Assembly (NCBI GenBank): GCA_964490165.1
Contig: CAZBAR010000002.1
Coordinates: forward strand, 74,176 to 138,175
DNA: 64,000 nucleotides
Direction: 5' to 3'
Source of the DNA: an uncultured Lachnospiraceae bacterium
GTDB lineage: Bacteria > Bacillota > Clostridia > Oscillospirales > CAG-272
The stretch's first letter is position 1. The number at the start of each line of letters is the position of its first letter. Below the pieces are notes generated by a model. The model was not told the DNA's origin. It saw nothing but the letters and a program-made list of their open reading frames with translations, and did no database searches. Below, piece after piece: positions 1 through 8,422 of this stretch. Position numbers and translations under genes: made by a program.

Positions 1-120
1 ATAAGCTTTTTAACCGATAACTGGGGCAGAACCTGGATCATCTGGCCTGTTGCTGCTGTACTTTGCGGTGCCCTGAACAGTGTTTTCGACATTATATCTG
101 CGAAAAACAATAAGCAATAA
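1..120 (+). CDS. 3' end of an upstream ORF cut by the window edge (hydrophobic C-terminus, product unknown)
   Basis: Frame 1 is open from nt 1 to TAA at 118-120 (ISFLTDNWGRTWIIWPVAAVLCGALNSVFDIISAKNNKQ*). The hydrophobic stretch resembles a terminal TM helix. Too short to identify. Confidence 0.25.
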   Translation: MSFLTDNWGRTWIIWPVAAVLCGALNSVFDIISAKNNKQ

Positions 121-132
121 TTTAATTTTTTG

Positions 133-161
133 TTGATTTAATCCGTGTTTTGTCGTATAAT
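133..161 (+). promoter_or_regulatory. sigma-70-like promoter for the 193-1101 gene
   Basis: TTGATT (133-138), 17-nt spacer, TATAAT (156-161). Confidence 0.5.
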
Positions 162-175
162 GTAATATATTACAT
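160..175. promoter_or_regulatory. perfect 16-nt palindrome overlapping the -10 element and predicted start site (candidate operator)
   Basis: ATGTAATATATTACAT equals its own reverse complement. Confidence 0.35.
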
Positions 176-192
176 ATTGGGGAATAAGTACA

Positions 193-1101
193 TTGAAAAT
201 ACGACAGATCATTGCCGCTATCATTTTTGTATTGCAAATATTTGCTTTTACAGCTTGCGGTGAGAATAAAACGGAAAAGAGCGCAGATGAAGCGGCACCG
301 GTAACGACTGAGGCGGCCACAACTGAGGAAGATACCACGGAAGAGGAAACAACAGAATATGAAGGCTGTCTTCATGACTGGGGAGAGTGGATACTTATTC
401 AATTTCCATCTGTAGAGCATGACGGCAAAGAGGTGCATTACTGCTCAATATGCAGGCTGCAGCAGTTCAGGGTAGTCGAGCGATTGCCGGAAAAGGATCA
501 TAAAGTTGTTCTCGACGTTGAAAACATTTTACAGCTTCCGCGCCTTCCCAACGGCTGCGAAGTGGTCAGTCTTGCTATTGCATTGAATTATATGGGATAT
601 TATGTTAATCCCGTCTGGCTTAGCGACCACTGTATGCCGCAGGGTGAGTACGGTGAAGCGGATGCTTTCTATACATATGTAGGTGACCCTAAATCCAACG
701 GTATGGGTTGCTATGCGCCGTGCATTGTTAATACCGCTTATAACTATTTTAAGCTTATGAACGATAATTTCAGTGCATTGAACATAAGCGGGGCAACTGA
801 TGATGAACTTGAGAAATGGATAGACCGGGGTGTGCCTGTAATTCTTTGGGGCACTACTTATATGAACTGTGATCCTATGCTGTTCAGAAAAGATAATTTT
901 GACGGCAAAGAGGTAATATGGAGAGCATATTCGCACTGCCTTGTGCTGGTCGGATATACAACAAATACGTATTTGTTCTGCGATCCGCTGCGTGAGGGTA
1001 TAGTGGCATATCAAAAGTCCGATGTTAAAGAGTGCAGAAGCTACGTATATGAACAGGCTTGCGTTGTATATGACCCTGCGACTGTTGATTTGTCTGAATA
1101 A
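193..1101 (+). CDS. secreted lipoprotein, C39-like (papain-fold) cysteine peptidase domain with one N-terminal His/Cys-rich mini-module
   Basis: TTG start. Signal peptide plus lipobox (IFAFTAC). Acidic Thr/Glu-rich linker. CLHDWGEW...HYCSICR module. Peptidase_C39-like motifs LPNGCEVVSLAIALNY (Cys) and AYSHCLVLVGY (His). Confidence 0.75.
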   Translation: MKIRQIIAAIIFVLQIFAFTACGENKTEKSADEAAPVTTEAATTEEDTTEEETTEYEGCLHDWGEWILIQFPSVEHDGKEVHYCSICRLQQFRVVERLPEKDHKVVLDVENILQLPRLPNGCEVVSLAIALNYMGYYVNPVWLSDHCMPQGEYGEADAFYTYVGDPKSNGMGCYAPCIVNTAYNYFKLMNDNFSALNISGATDDELEKWIDRGVPVILWGTTYMNCDPMLFRKDNFDGKEVIWRAYSHCLVLVGYTTNTYLFCDPLREGIVAYQKSDVKECRSYVYEQACVVYDPATVDLSE

Positions 1102-1111
1102 TATAAATCTC

Positions 1112-1141
1112 AACGGCTGACCGTACGGTCAGCCGTTTTTC
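1112..1141 (+). terminator. rho-independent terminator after the peptidase gene
   Basis: AACGGCTGACCG/CGGTCAGCCGTT stem followed by a T-run. Confidence 0.7.
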
Positions 1142-1256
1142 TGTATGCTGCAAATATGCAATTATGAAAAAGCAGGGGAGACAAGCATCTGTATAAAGCG
1201 ATATAATGCCGTCAGACTTCATGAGGTTAATTTATATACAGAAAGCAGGTCTTATA

Positions 1257-1852
1257 TGAAAAAAAGCTTTTTTGATCTTCAGCTTTTCTCGGACGGTACC
1301 GAAATTACCGACAGTGCAGCTGCTATGGGTGACGGCAACAGCACTGGCGGCATTTCGGATACCGCAGAGACAGCGGCAGAAGATACAGCAGTACAGGATG
1401 AAGCTGCGGAGGTTACGGTCAGTGTCGGGGACGGCACGGCTGAGAGCGATCGCTCGGAAAGTGATATTAACAGAGAAGCAGAGGAGCTTGAAAGAACAGC
1501 AAGAATTCTTTTAGAAGCGGACCTGCTTTCTGAAAAAGTCAGCGGCTTCGATCTGCAAAAAGAAATGGCAGACAGCAGCTTTGCTGCAATGGTTAAAAAC
1601 GGTGTGCCTGTGGAGACAGCGTGGAAAGCCGTGCACTTTGATCAGCTGCTTGACGCAGCTGTGCAGGAGGCACGCGAGGAAGCATTGTGCGAGGCTCTGG
1701 CAAAAATAAGAAATATGCCTGACAGACCAAGTGAAAACGGGGCGGTCTCTCAGGCGGCAATACAAAGCCGCGCAGGAGTTGATAATCTTACGGGGCGAGG
1801 TATAAGAGAAATATTGCGCCGCGTAGAAAACGGTGCGAAGGTGAAATTCTGA
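1257..1852 (+). CDS. phage scaffolding-like protein
   Basis: Lies directly upstream of the major capsid gene. Acidic low-complexity N-half and helical, charged C-half. N-terminus MKKSFFDLQLFS. I prefer ATG 1257 over the track start at 1145. Confidence 0.6.
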
Positions 1853-1877
1853 TATCTTTGCGAAAGAAAGGAATTAT

Positions 1878-3245
1878 ATGACAAATAATACTACTAAAAC
1901 AGTAGAGCTGCAGCTGTTTGCTGCAGGAGAGGTCGTTCACGGTACGGATGCGTATGTAAATGCTGCTGATGCAGAAATGAGTGTACCTTACGACTCTGAG
2001 GGACAGGGCGGCGGACTCAGCGCCGAAATGAAGACCTTTTATGACAAAACACTTATTGAGCTTGCAGGTCCTGCACTGGTATTTGACCAGTTTGCGCAGA
2101 AGCGTCCAATTCCCAGAAACGGCGGTAAGACTATTGAATTCAGAAAATTCAATGCGCTGCCCAAGGCCCTGAAGTCTATAACCGAGGGCGTAACTCCTAC
2201 AGGCTCAAAGCTTACGGTCGTACCTGTTACGGCAACTGTAGATCAGTACGGCGACTATGTGGAGCTTACTGATATGATAGAGATGACAAGCGTTGACCCT
2301 ATTGTAATAGAGGCAACACGTCAGCTTGCGGATCAGGCCGGACGCACTATAGACACTGTAGTGCGCAACCAGATAATCGGCGGCACTAATGTAAACTACT
2401 GCCCCGTTGTTGACGCAAGCGGCAATGAGACCGAGGTGACCTCACGCAGTGAGCTTACATCAGAGGCGAGACTTCGCGTTAAGGACGTATTTAAGGCGGC
2501 AGCTCAGCTCAAAGCTATGAATGCTCCCATGATCGGCGGCTCATATGTGGCGGTAATACATCCCTATGTTGCATACGATCTTATGCAGGACGCTCAGGGT
2601 CAGTGGCTGGATATTCAGAAATACACTGATCCCGCGGGAATTCTTAACGGTGAGATAGGTACACTGGGCGGTGTTCGCTTTGTTCAGTCAAGCGAGGCAA
2701 AGATCTATACAGGCGAAGATCTCAGCGAGAGCTCCAGAGAGCTTACTGTCAGTGCGTACAGCGCTGCTGCCGCTGCTGACACGAAGTGCACAGGCGAGGC
2801 TACAGCTTACAGAATTACCGTAAGCGAGGATATTGATGCATCTCTTATCGGCAGAAGCATTCAGTATTGCAATGCAGCAGGAGATAAGGCTGTCAAAGCA
2901 AAGGTTTGCGGTGTAAATACTGAGTCCAGATACATTTATGTTGAAGAAGCAATCGGCGTGCAGTATGCGGCGGGCGATAAGCTCTATCCCGGAGAGGGCG
3001 GCAAAAACGGAGAAGCCGTATTTGCTACTCTGTTCCTCGGAGCAAACGCTTACGGTACTACCGAGGTTGGCGGTGGCGGTATTGAGCACATTGTCAAGCA
3101 GAAGGGCTACGGAAACGATCCTCTTAATCAGCGTTCGTCTGTAGGCTGGAAGGCTACAAAGGTCGCAGTGCGTCTTGTTGAGGAATATATGCTGAGAGTT
3201 GAGTCCGGCTCTTCCTTTTCAAGATCCGTGCTTGAAGCAAACTGA
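1878..3245 (+). CDS. phage major capsid protein, N4-gp56-like (HK97 fold) family
   Basis: RBS GAAAGGA. Sequence resembles the N4-gp56 capsid family (FDQFAQKRPIPRNGGKTIEFRKF, HPYVAYDLM, GGVRFVQS). N-terminus ...ELQLFAAGE. Confidence 0.85.
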   Translation: MTNNTTKTVELQLFAAGEVVHGTDAYVNAADAEMSVPYDSEGQGGGLSAEMKTFYDKTLIELAGPALVFDQFAQKRPIPRNGGKTIEFRKFNALPKALKSITEGVTPTGSKLTVVPVTATVDQYGDYVELTDMIEMTSVDPIVIEATRQLADQAGRTIDTVVRNQIIGGTNVNYCPVVDASGNETEVTSRSELTSEARLRVKDVFKAAAQLKAMNAPMIGGSYVAVIHPYVAYDLMQDAQGQWLDIQKYTDPAGILNGEIGTLGGVRFVQSSEAKIYTGEDLSESSRELTVSAYSAAAAADTKCTGEATAYRITVSEDIDASLIGRSIQYCNAAGDKAVKAKVCGVNTESRYIYVEEAIGVQYAAGDKLYPGEGGKNGEAVFATLFLGANAYGTTEVGGGGIEHIVKQKGYGNDPLNQRSSVGWKATKVAVRLVEEYMLRVESGSSFSRSVLEAN

Positions 3246-3265
3246 AAAATTGAGGTGCAGACGAA

Positions 3266-3496
3266 ATGAACGGTAGAGAAAAAGTAAAGGCGCAGACCGA
3301 AACAAGGACTGTGTTTATACCCAGAAAAAACAAAAACGATACCGAGAGGTATGTTGCCGTAAACGGTGAAAATATGCTTATACAGACCGGTAAGCAGGTA
3401 GAGGTGCCTGTGAGATTTGCAGAGGTCATCGAAAATTCTCAGGCAGATGATGCCGCTGCCGAGGCGTTTATCGAAGCTGTTTCCACAGGCAGATAA
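3266..3496 (+). CDS. small phage head-associated protein (function unknown)
   Basis: GAGGTG RBS. Only 20 nt after the capsid stop. 76 aa. Confidence 0.55.
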   Translation: MNGREKVKAQTETRTVFIPRKNKNDTERYVAVNGENMLIQTGKQVEVPVRFAEVIENSQADDAAAEAFIEAVSTGR

Positions 3497-3502
3497 CAAA
3501 GT

Positions 3503-3531
3503 GCGCCCTGCGGCTGTTTGCCGCAGGGCGC
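3503..3531 (+). terminator. strong stem-loop after the capsid/small-protein pair (terminator or attenuator)
   Basis: GCGCCCTGCGGC / GCCGCAGGGCGC 12-bp stem with 5-nt loop. The downstream T-run is weak (TGTCTTATT). Confidence 0.5.
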
Positions 3532-3562
3532 TGTCTTATTAAAAAGAAAGGTAGATGTAAAA

Positions 3563-3931
3563 ATGACTGTAAACGAAGCTTTAGGCAAAGCATCGGATAT
3601 TATCGGAGAGATATCGGACCGAACGAGATTTACAGAGTGGCTCAGTGAAATAGAAAACACTGTATGCTCTGAGATCGCACTGACCCATGAAGGGGCGAAT
3701 CCCGATCTTTCTCTGATAACATCGGAAACAGACGGGAACAGAGAATTGTTTGTGCCCGATCCGAGTTCAAGTCTTTATGTTTTGTATCTTATAATGAAAA
3801 ATGATCTTTACCTCAGAGATACAGAGCAATATGCAAATTCAAAGGCTGCATTTGAAGCCGCATATGCTGCTTTTGCCGATAAATACAACAGAGAGCATAT
3901 GCCCGGCCGCGGCTGCGGCATTTGCCTGTGA
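3563..3931 (+). CDS. phage head-tail connector/adaptor-like protein (by position)
   Basis: ATG 3563 with GAAAGG upstream. The track start at 3518 lies inside the hairpin. 122 aa, helical. Confidence 0.5.
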   Translation: MTVNEALGKASDIIGEISDRTRFTEWLSEIENTVCSEIALTHEGANPDLSLITSETDGNRELFVPDPSSSLYVLYLIMKNDLYLRDTEQYANSKAAFEAAYAAFADKYNREHMPGRGCGICL

Positions 3932-3945
3932 GGAGGCTTTGATAT

Positions 3946-5733
3946 ATGAAGCTTCCTGTATTAAAAAAGGTAAGTAACGAGGAACTTTGCATAAGTGAAT
4001 TCGGCGGCATAGACAGACGGAGTGACGCGGATGAAAATGTATTCGCCGATATGCTGAACGTTACACATAGCGACAGCAGTGCCGTATCTACCCGCCAAAG
4101 ACGCGGAATACTTGATTTTAACGGCGAAGCTGTATACAATATGGCGTCTCTTGATATTCTGAGAGGCGATAAAGTGGTCAGCAATGCGTTTGTAGTGCTG
4201 ACCGGAAGCGCACTGAGAGCATTTTACGATGACGGCGACGGCTTTTGCTCTCACCGTCTTATGTTTACATCGGGAATTCTGAGTGCGGGCAAGAAGCAGA
4301 TAGTGCTGTCGGGCACGCGGATGTTTATATTTCCCGACGGCATATATATAAACCTTATGAATATGTCTGACTACAAAAAGTTGGGATATTCAAGATCACA
4401 GGCACTGGGCAGTGACGGAGCGCATTTTTACGAGCTGTGTCTTACCAGGAGCGATGCCGACGGCAACGATGACAGTGAGGGTGAGTACGGCAGGCTTGAA
4501 TGCAAATGCTATATGCTGAAGTCAGACGGAACAAAGGGCGTTTACACGGACAGCGTGGCGGTAAACTCCTCGTTTTCTAAAAACGATACTGTTGAGATAA
4601 AGGGATTTTCAGACAAATCTCTTGAGGGGTATTATAATATTTGTGATATCGATGCAGGGCGGCGTTATGTCATAATAAAATGCCCCGCGAATGATACTTG
4701 CAGTGTTGGAGAGTTTCTTATGCGCCGCAGAATACCTGTTATGGACTATGTTATTGCCTGCGGCGGCAGACTGTGGGGATGTCGCTACGGGGTTGACGCT
4801 GACGGTAACAGCGTAAATGCTATATACGCCTCGGCAGAGGACGATCCCTCAAACTGGTACAGGCTTGATAGGTCAAGCGATGGGTCATGGATGGCAAACG
4901 TAGGCTCCAGGGGTAAGTTTACGGGCGCGGTATGCTATGGTGGACGGCCTGTATTCTTCAAGGAAGATGCTATAATAAAGGTCTTCGGCAGCCGTCCGTC
5001 GGACTTCTCACTTTCCGAAGTCAGCGCGCCCGGTGTAGAGTCAGGCAGCAGCGGAAGCATTGCCTCAGTAGGCAATGAGCTTTATTATAAATCTTATAAC
5101 GGTGTAGTTCGCTATGACGGAAGCCTGCCGCGCAGTGTTGATGAAGCTCTCGGCGGCGGGAAGTTGAAGAATGCCGTGGCAGGCAGTCTTAACGGCTGCT
5201 ATTATGCCTCTATGGAAAACAGTGCAGGGGAGCGGTATATTTATGTATATGACACAAAAAGGAATATGTGGCATATTGAGAACGATCCGGGCGTGATAGA
5301 GTTTTGCCGTTGCTCGTCAGAGTTGTTTATTCTGTGCGAGAGGGACGGAGTAAGCGAGGTGTACAGCGTCGGCGGTACATTCAACAGCGACGCAGACAAT
5401 GCAGGACAGCTTGAAGCTGAGCCTAAATGGATGCTGGAGAGCGCAAATATGAGCTTTGCCGTGCCGTGGCACAAATATGTGTCAAGGGTGCTTATTTGTA
5501 TGGCGCTTGACATAGGCGCGTCGGCAGAGGTTCAGATATCTTACGACGGAGAGGGCGTGTGGCGCACGGAAAAAGTGGTGCATTCCGTCGGCGACGGCAC
5601 TGTTACCTTGACGGTACGCCCGAGGCGGTGCTCATATTTCAGACTGCGCCTGAAGGGAAGCGGCGGTATGCGGCTTTACAGCCTTACCCGCAGACTTGAA
5701 AAATGCAGCCCGTATCAGAAAGCGAGACTGTAA
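3946..5733 (+). CDS. large phage structural protein of unknown family (possible tail tube/nozzle-type protein)
   Basis: GGAGG RBS. 595 aa. Beta-rich with repeated G/Y/W-containing segments. Its position after the capsid and adaptor matches the T7-like gene order. Confidence 0.6.
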   Translation: MKLPVLKKVSNEELCISEFGGIDRRSDADENVFADMLNVTHSDSSAVSTRQRRGILDFNGEAVYNMASLDILRGDKVVSNAFVVLTGSALRAFYDDGDGFCSHRLMFTSGILSAGKKQIVLSGTRMFIFPDGIYINLMNMSDYKKLGYSRSQALGSDGAHFYELCLTRSDADGNDDSEGEYGRLECKCYMLKSDGTKGVYTDSVAVNSSFSKNDTVEIKGFSDKSLEGYYNICDIDAGRRYVIIKCPANDTCSVGEFLMRRRIPVMDYVIACGGRLWGCRYGVDADGNSVNAIYASAEDDPSNWYRLDRSSDGSWMANVGSRGKFTGAVCYGGRPVFFKEDAIIKVFGSRPSDFSLSEVSAPGVESGSSGSIASVGNELYYKSYNGVVRYDGSLPRSVDEALGGGKLKNAVAGSLNGCYYASMENSAGERYIYVYDTKRNMWHIENDPGVIEFCRCSSELFILCERDGVSEVYSVGGTFNSDADNAGQLEAEPKWMLESANMSFAVPWHKYVSRVLICMALDIGASAEVQISYDGEGVWRTEKVVHSVGDGTVTLTVRPRRCSYFRLRLKGSGGMRLYSLTRRLEKCSPYQKARL

Positions 5734-5735
5734 AT

Positions 5736-5903
5736 ATGAAATTTTCAATATCAAATCCGCCGCCCTCCGAAGCGGGACTTGAAGCAATGTCGGCATGGCT
5801 GTACGAATTGTATGAGCTGCTCGGTGTTATGTTTGAGAGCCTTGATACGGATAATTTCAGCGATGACGTAAGACAGTTATTGGATAAAATAACGCTCGAC
5901 TGA
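5736..5903 (+). CDS. small acidic phage-module protein (55 aa)
   Basis: ATG is 3 nt after the preceding stop. Last ORF of the co-directional block. RBS is weak. Confidence 0.4.
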   Translation: MKFSISNPPPSEAGLEAMSAWLYELYELLGVMFESLDTDNFSDDVRQLLDKITLD

Positions 5904-5904
5904 T

Positions 5905-5935
5905 AAAAAACGGGAAGCTGATGCTCAGCTTCCCG
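5905..5935 (-). terminator. terminator of the minus-strand HAD/HD operon (hairpin may also stop plus-strand transcripts)
   Basis: CGGGAAGCTGA / TCAGCTTCCCG stem. A-run at 5905-5910 gives a U-run on the minus strand. Confidence 0.65.
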
Positions 5936-5975
5936 TAAAAGGAAAAAATTTTTGAGTATTATAATATTACATAGG

Positions 5976-6485
5976 TTATTTAGATAAGCTCAACAATTCT
6001 TCTAAACTGCCTATTTTGGTAAACTTTTTATAGTTATATTCAACATTGATACCGTATGCCGGAATATTCATGTTTTCTGCCAGTTGTATATCGCAAAGAG
6101 AATCACCGACAATAAAGGAATTTGGCAGTTCAATTTCAGGATATTTACTTAAAGCTTGTAATATCAGACCTGTTTTAGGCTTTATACAGCTGCAGTTATC
6201 TGTTCGTGCGTGAGGACAGTAGAATACATCTAAAATGCATACACCGGCTTTTTTCAGCTCTTTCAGCATCAGGTCATTATACGCTTCATACTGTTTTTGC
6301 GTTATAAATTCTTCACCTATCAGGTATTGGTTTGTAACGATAATGATTTGATATCCTATGCGGTTCAAATAACTTAATACCTGAATAGCATACGGCATAA
6401 ATACAGGCGTTTTTACGTTTGCCCAATCCTTGTCTGCGTAATCCTGTGCGATAGTTCCGTCTCGGTCAAAAAATGCAATTTTCAT
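5976..6485 (-). CDS. HAD-IIIA phosphatase, GmhB/HisB-N-like (D,D-heptose-bisphosphate phosphatase family)
   Basis: DRDGTI motif, VTNQ, Zn motif CPHARTDNCSCIKP, GDS..D. Confidence 0.8.
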   Translation of the reverse strand: MKIAFFDRDGTIAQDYADKDWANVKTPVFMPYAIQVLSYLNRIGYQIIIVTNQYLIGEEFITQKQYEAYNDLMLKELKKAGVCILDVFYCPHARTDNCSCIKPKTGLILQALSKYPEIELPNSFIVGDSLCDIQLAENMNIPAYGINVEYNYKKFTKIGSLEELLSLSK

Positions 6486-6507
6486 AATTTTGAAGTGTTA
6501 CTGAAAA

Positions 6508-7188
6508 TCAGTTGTCAATAATATTTTTCAAGTATTTCACGCCAAGGTCATGCGCAGTTTCAACTTCTTTGAATATGCTTTCATAAAAGCTTTTTGCAGC
6601 AGACCGGCGGCTTTGGGCTATATCATGACCGCGCTTTGTATAAAAATGCGAGTACAGGTTTTCCAGCTTATATTTGTATTCCTGAAAGAAAGAGAACGCC
6701 TGATCGTTTGTACCGTCGGATATGCTGCCGTCCGGTGAAAGAGAATATATGGGTTGACCCATTTTTCCTTTATATATCAGTGTCCGTGCTATTCCTAGAG
6801 CGCCTGCTACGTCGATCTTGTCAGCATCAAACAGAATTTTTGCCTCAGTGCTTGACGGCGGATCACTTTTTCTGAATCGGTGCGTTCTTATACAGTCGCG
6901 CACTTTAGCTGAAAAATCGTTCGAAAAACCGTTATCGGTAAGAAATTTGTATGCTTTGTTGCTGCCGACCTCCGCGTGACAAAGCGAGGGATCTTCAAAT
7001 TGCTCTTTTCGACCGATATCATGAAGCAGACAGGCACATATCAAAACATTATAATCTACGTTTTCTTCGGAGTTGGCTATATCCAGTGCGTTATACAACA
7101 CGCGATATATGTGCTCTTTGTCGTGCGCGCTGTCTTCCATACAAGAGAGCATATAGCTTTCAAAAAGTGAAAATGTTGATTTGTTCAT
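6508..7188 (-). CDS. HD-domain phosphohydrolase
   Basis: H...LLHDIGR and D motifs. Confidence 0.8.
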   Translation of the reverse strand: MNKSTFSLFESYMLSCMEDSAHDKEHIYRVLYNALDIANSEENVDYNVLICACLLHDIGRKEQFEDPSLCHAEVGSNKAYKFLTDNGFSNDFSAKVRDCIRTHRFRKSDPPSSTEAKILFDADKIDVAGALGIARTLIYKGKMGQPIYSLSPDGSISDGTNDQAFSFFQEYKYKLENLYSHFYTKRGHDIAQSRRSAAKSFYESIFKEVETAHDLGVKYLKNIIDN

Positions 7189-7275
7189 AGATCGTCTCCT
7201 GTGCTTTATTACTGAGAATTTCTATAATGCCGGTTGCAGTTGCCGTTACGGATAAGCCTGACAAATCGTAATTTG

Positions 7276-7836
7276 TTAGTATCTTTTTCCGTACTTTACT
7301 TTGGCTTCATTCGTGTATTTTCGGATGAACTCCGTTTTTGCATAGGTATATCCATCTCTGTTATGCTCGAATTGTTTCCACAACATCAGCTTCAGTTTTT
7401 CGTATTCATGAGCAATATCAGGATGTTCGATTAGATAATCACGGAAATACAATTCGTCATTGTCGCCAATATATCTTAAGTGCAGGTGAAATACCTTTTC
7501 GGAAAATCCGTTTTCCGTATATCCTTTGTTGAAAGAATATCTGTCTGCACTGTGACTCATACAATTGTAGCCGTTTTTTACCAGCAGATCTTTGATATCT
7601 GCCAAATCGCATTCCTTTGGAACTTCCACAAGAATATCAACAATCGGTTTTGCCCATATGGAATTTACCGCTGTTGAGCCTATATGATCTATTCTGACAG
7701 CTTGGGGAATGATCTTTTTCAAAGCGGCGCTTTCATCAGCGTACCAATTTTTCCAACAGTCCTGATGTTCTGTTAAAAAGATAGGAAATAACTGCCAAAG
7801 TTCTTCTAAACTCATTTCCGATATTTTTTTAGGCAT
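7276..7836 (-). CDS. GrpB-family (nucleotidyltransferase-fold) protein
   Basis: IDHIGSTAV...AKPIVDILVEV signature. Confidence 0.8.
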   Translation of the reverse strand: MPKKISEMSLEELWQLFPIFLTEHQDCWKNWYADESAALKKIIPQAVRIDHIGSTAVNSIWAKPIVDILVEVPKECDLADIKDLLVKNGYNCMSHSADRYSFNKGYTENGFSEKVFHLHLRYIGDNDELYFRDYLIEHPDIAHEYEKLKLMLWKQFEHNRDGYTYAKTEFIRKYTNEAKVKYGKRY

Positions 7837-7867
7837 TGTACACCCCGTTAACTTGCAATTTGTTCTC

Positions 7868-8422
7868 CTATGTTTTATTGTTGAAAAATTCTATAATGCT
7901 ATTTATTCCCGATAACATTGTCTTATCTTTGATTGCAGGATGTTTATTTGTATTATGACTATAGACCGCGTCATGAATATTATAGCAATTCATATGATGC
8001 ATAAGAGTACAAGCTGTATTATAGGGTTTATCAATACTGCCGTCTCCACCGCCAACCAAAATAATTGCTCCTTTTTTTGATTTTTTAATAGGTTCTGTTT
8101 TTTGAAAATGTCTTGCACAGTAATAGGTTTGAAGTCTGCTTCCTACATCCAACAGTTTTCCGGTCAACTCTGAAAAATAAATCGGTGAAGCAATTAGGAT
8201 ATTATCACATTTTTGAATGTACTGATATATTTGCATCATTTCATCATCAATTGCACATCCTTGGTTTTTCCAACAATATCTGCAATCAATACATGGTGAA
8301 ACATTACACCTATATGCATCTACAATCATATAGTCACCGACAAGATTTCTTGTAACCTCTTTTACAAGCATTGAAGTGTCTCCTGTTGTTCTTGGTGAAC
8401 CGTTAAATATCAATGTCTTCAC
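7868..8422 (-). CDS. flavodoxin-like NAD(P)H-dependent FMN reductase / iron-sulfur flavoprotein (Isf-like)
   Basis: MKTLIFNGSPR N-terminus. Compact Cys motif CIDCRYCWKNQGC. Confidence 0.75.
   Translation of the reverse strand: MKTLIFNGSPRTTGDTSMLVKEVTRNLVGDYMIVDAYRCNVSPCIDCRYCWKNQGCAIDDEMMQIYQYIQKCDNILIASPIYFSELTGKLLDVGSRLQTYYCARHFQKTEPIKKSKKGAIILVGGGDGSIDKPYNTACTLMHHMNCYNIHDAVYSHNTNKHPAIKDKTMLSGINSIIEFFNNKT

Noticed and set aside
167-5973. A 10-nt direct repeat, ATATTACATA, at 167-176 and 5964-5973, bracketing the peptidase gene plus the phage module. This could be an att-like duplication.
   Set aside because: It is only 10 nt, AT-rich and embedded in promoter-like sequence. A chance match is plausible in 64 kb, and no integrase is present. 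It is worth re-checking only if strain comparisons show an indel with exactly these ends.
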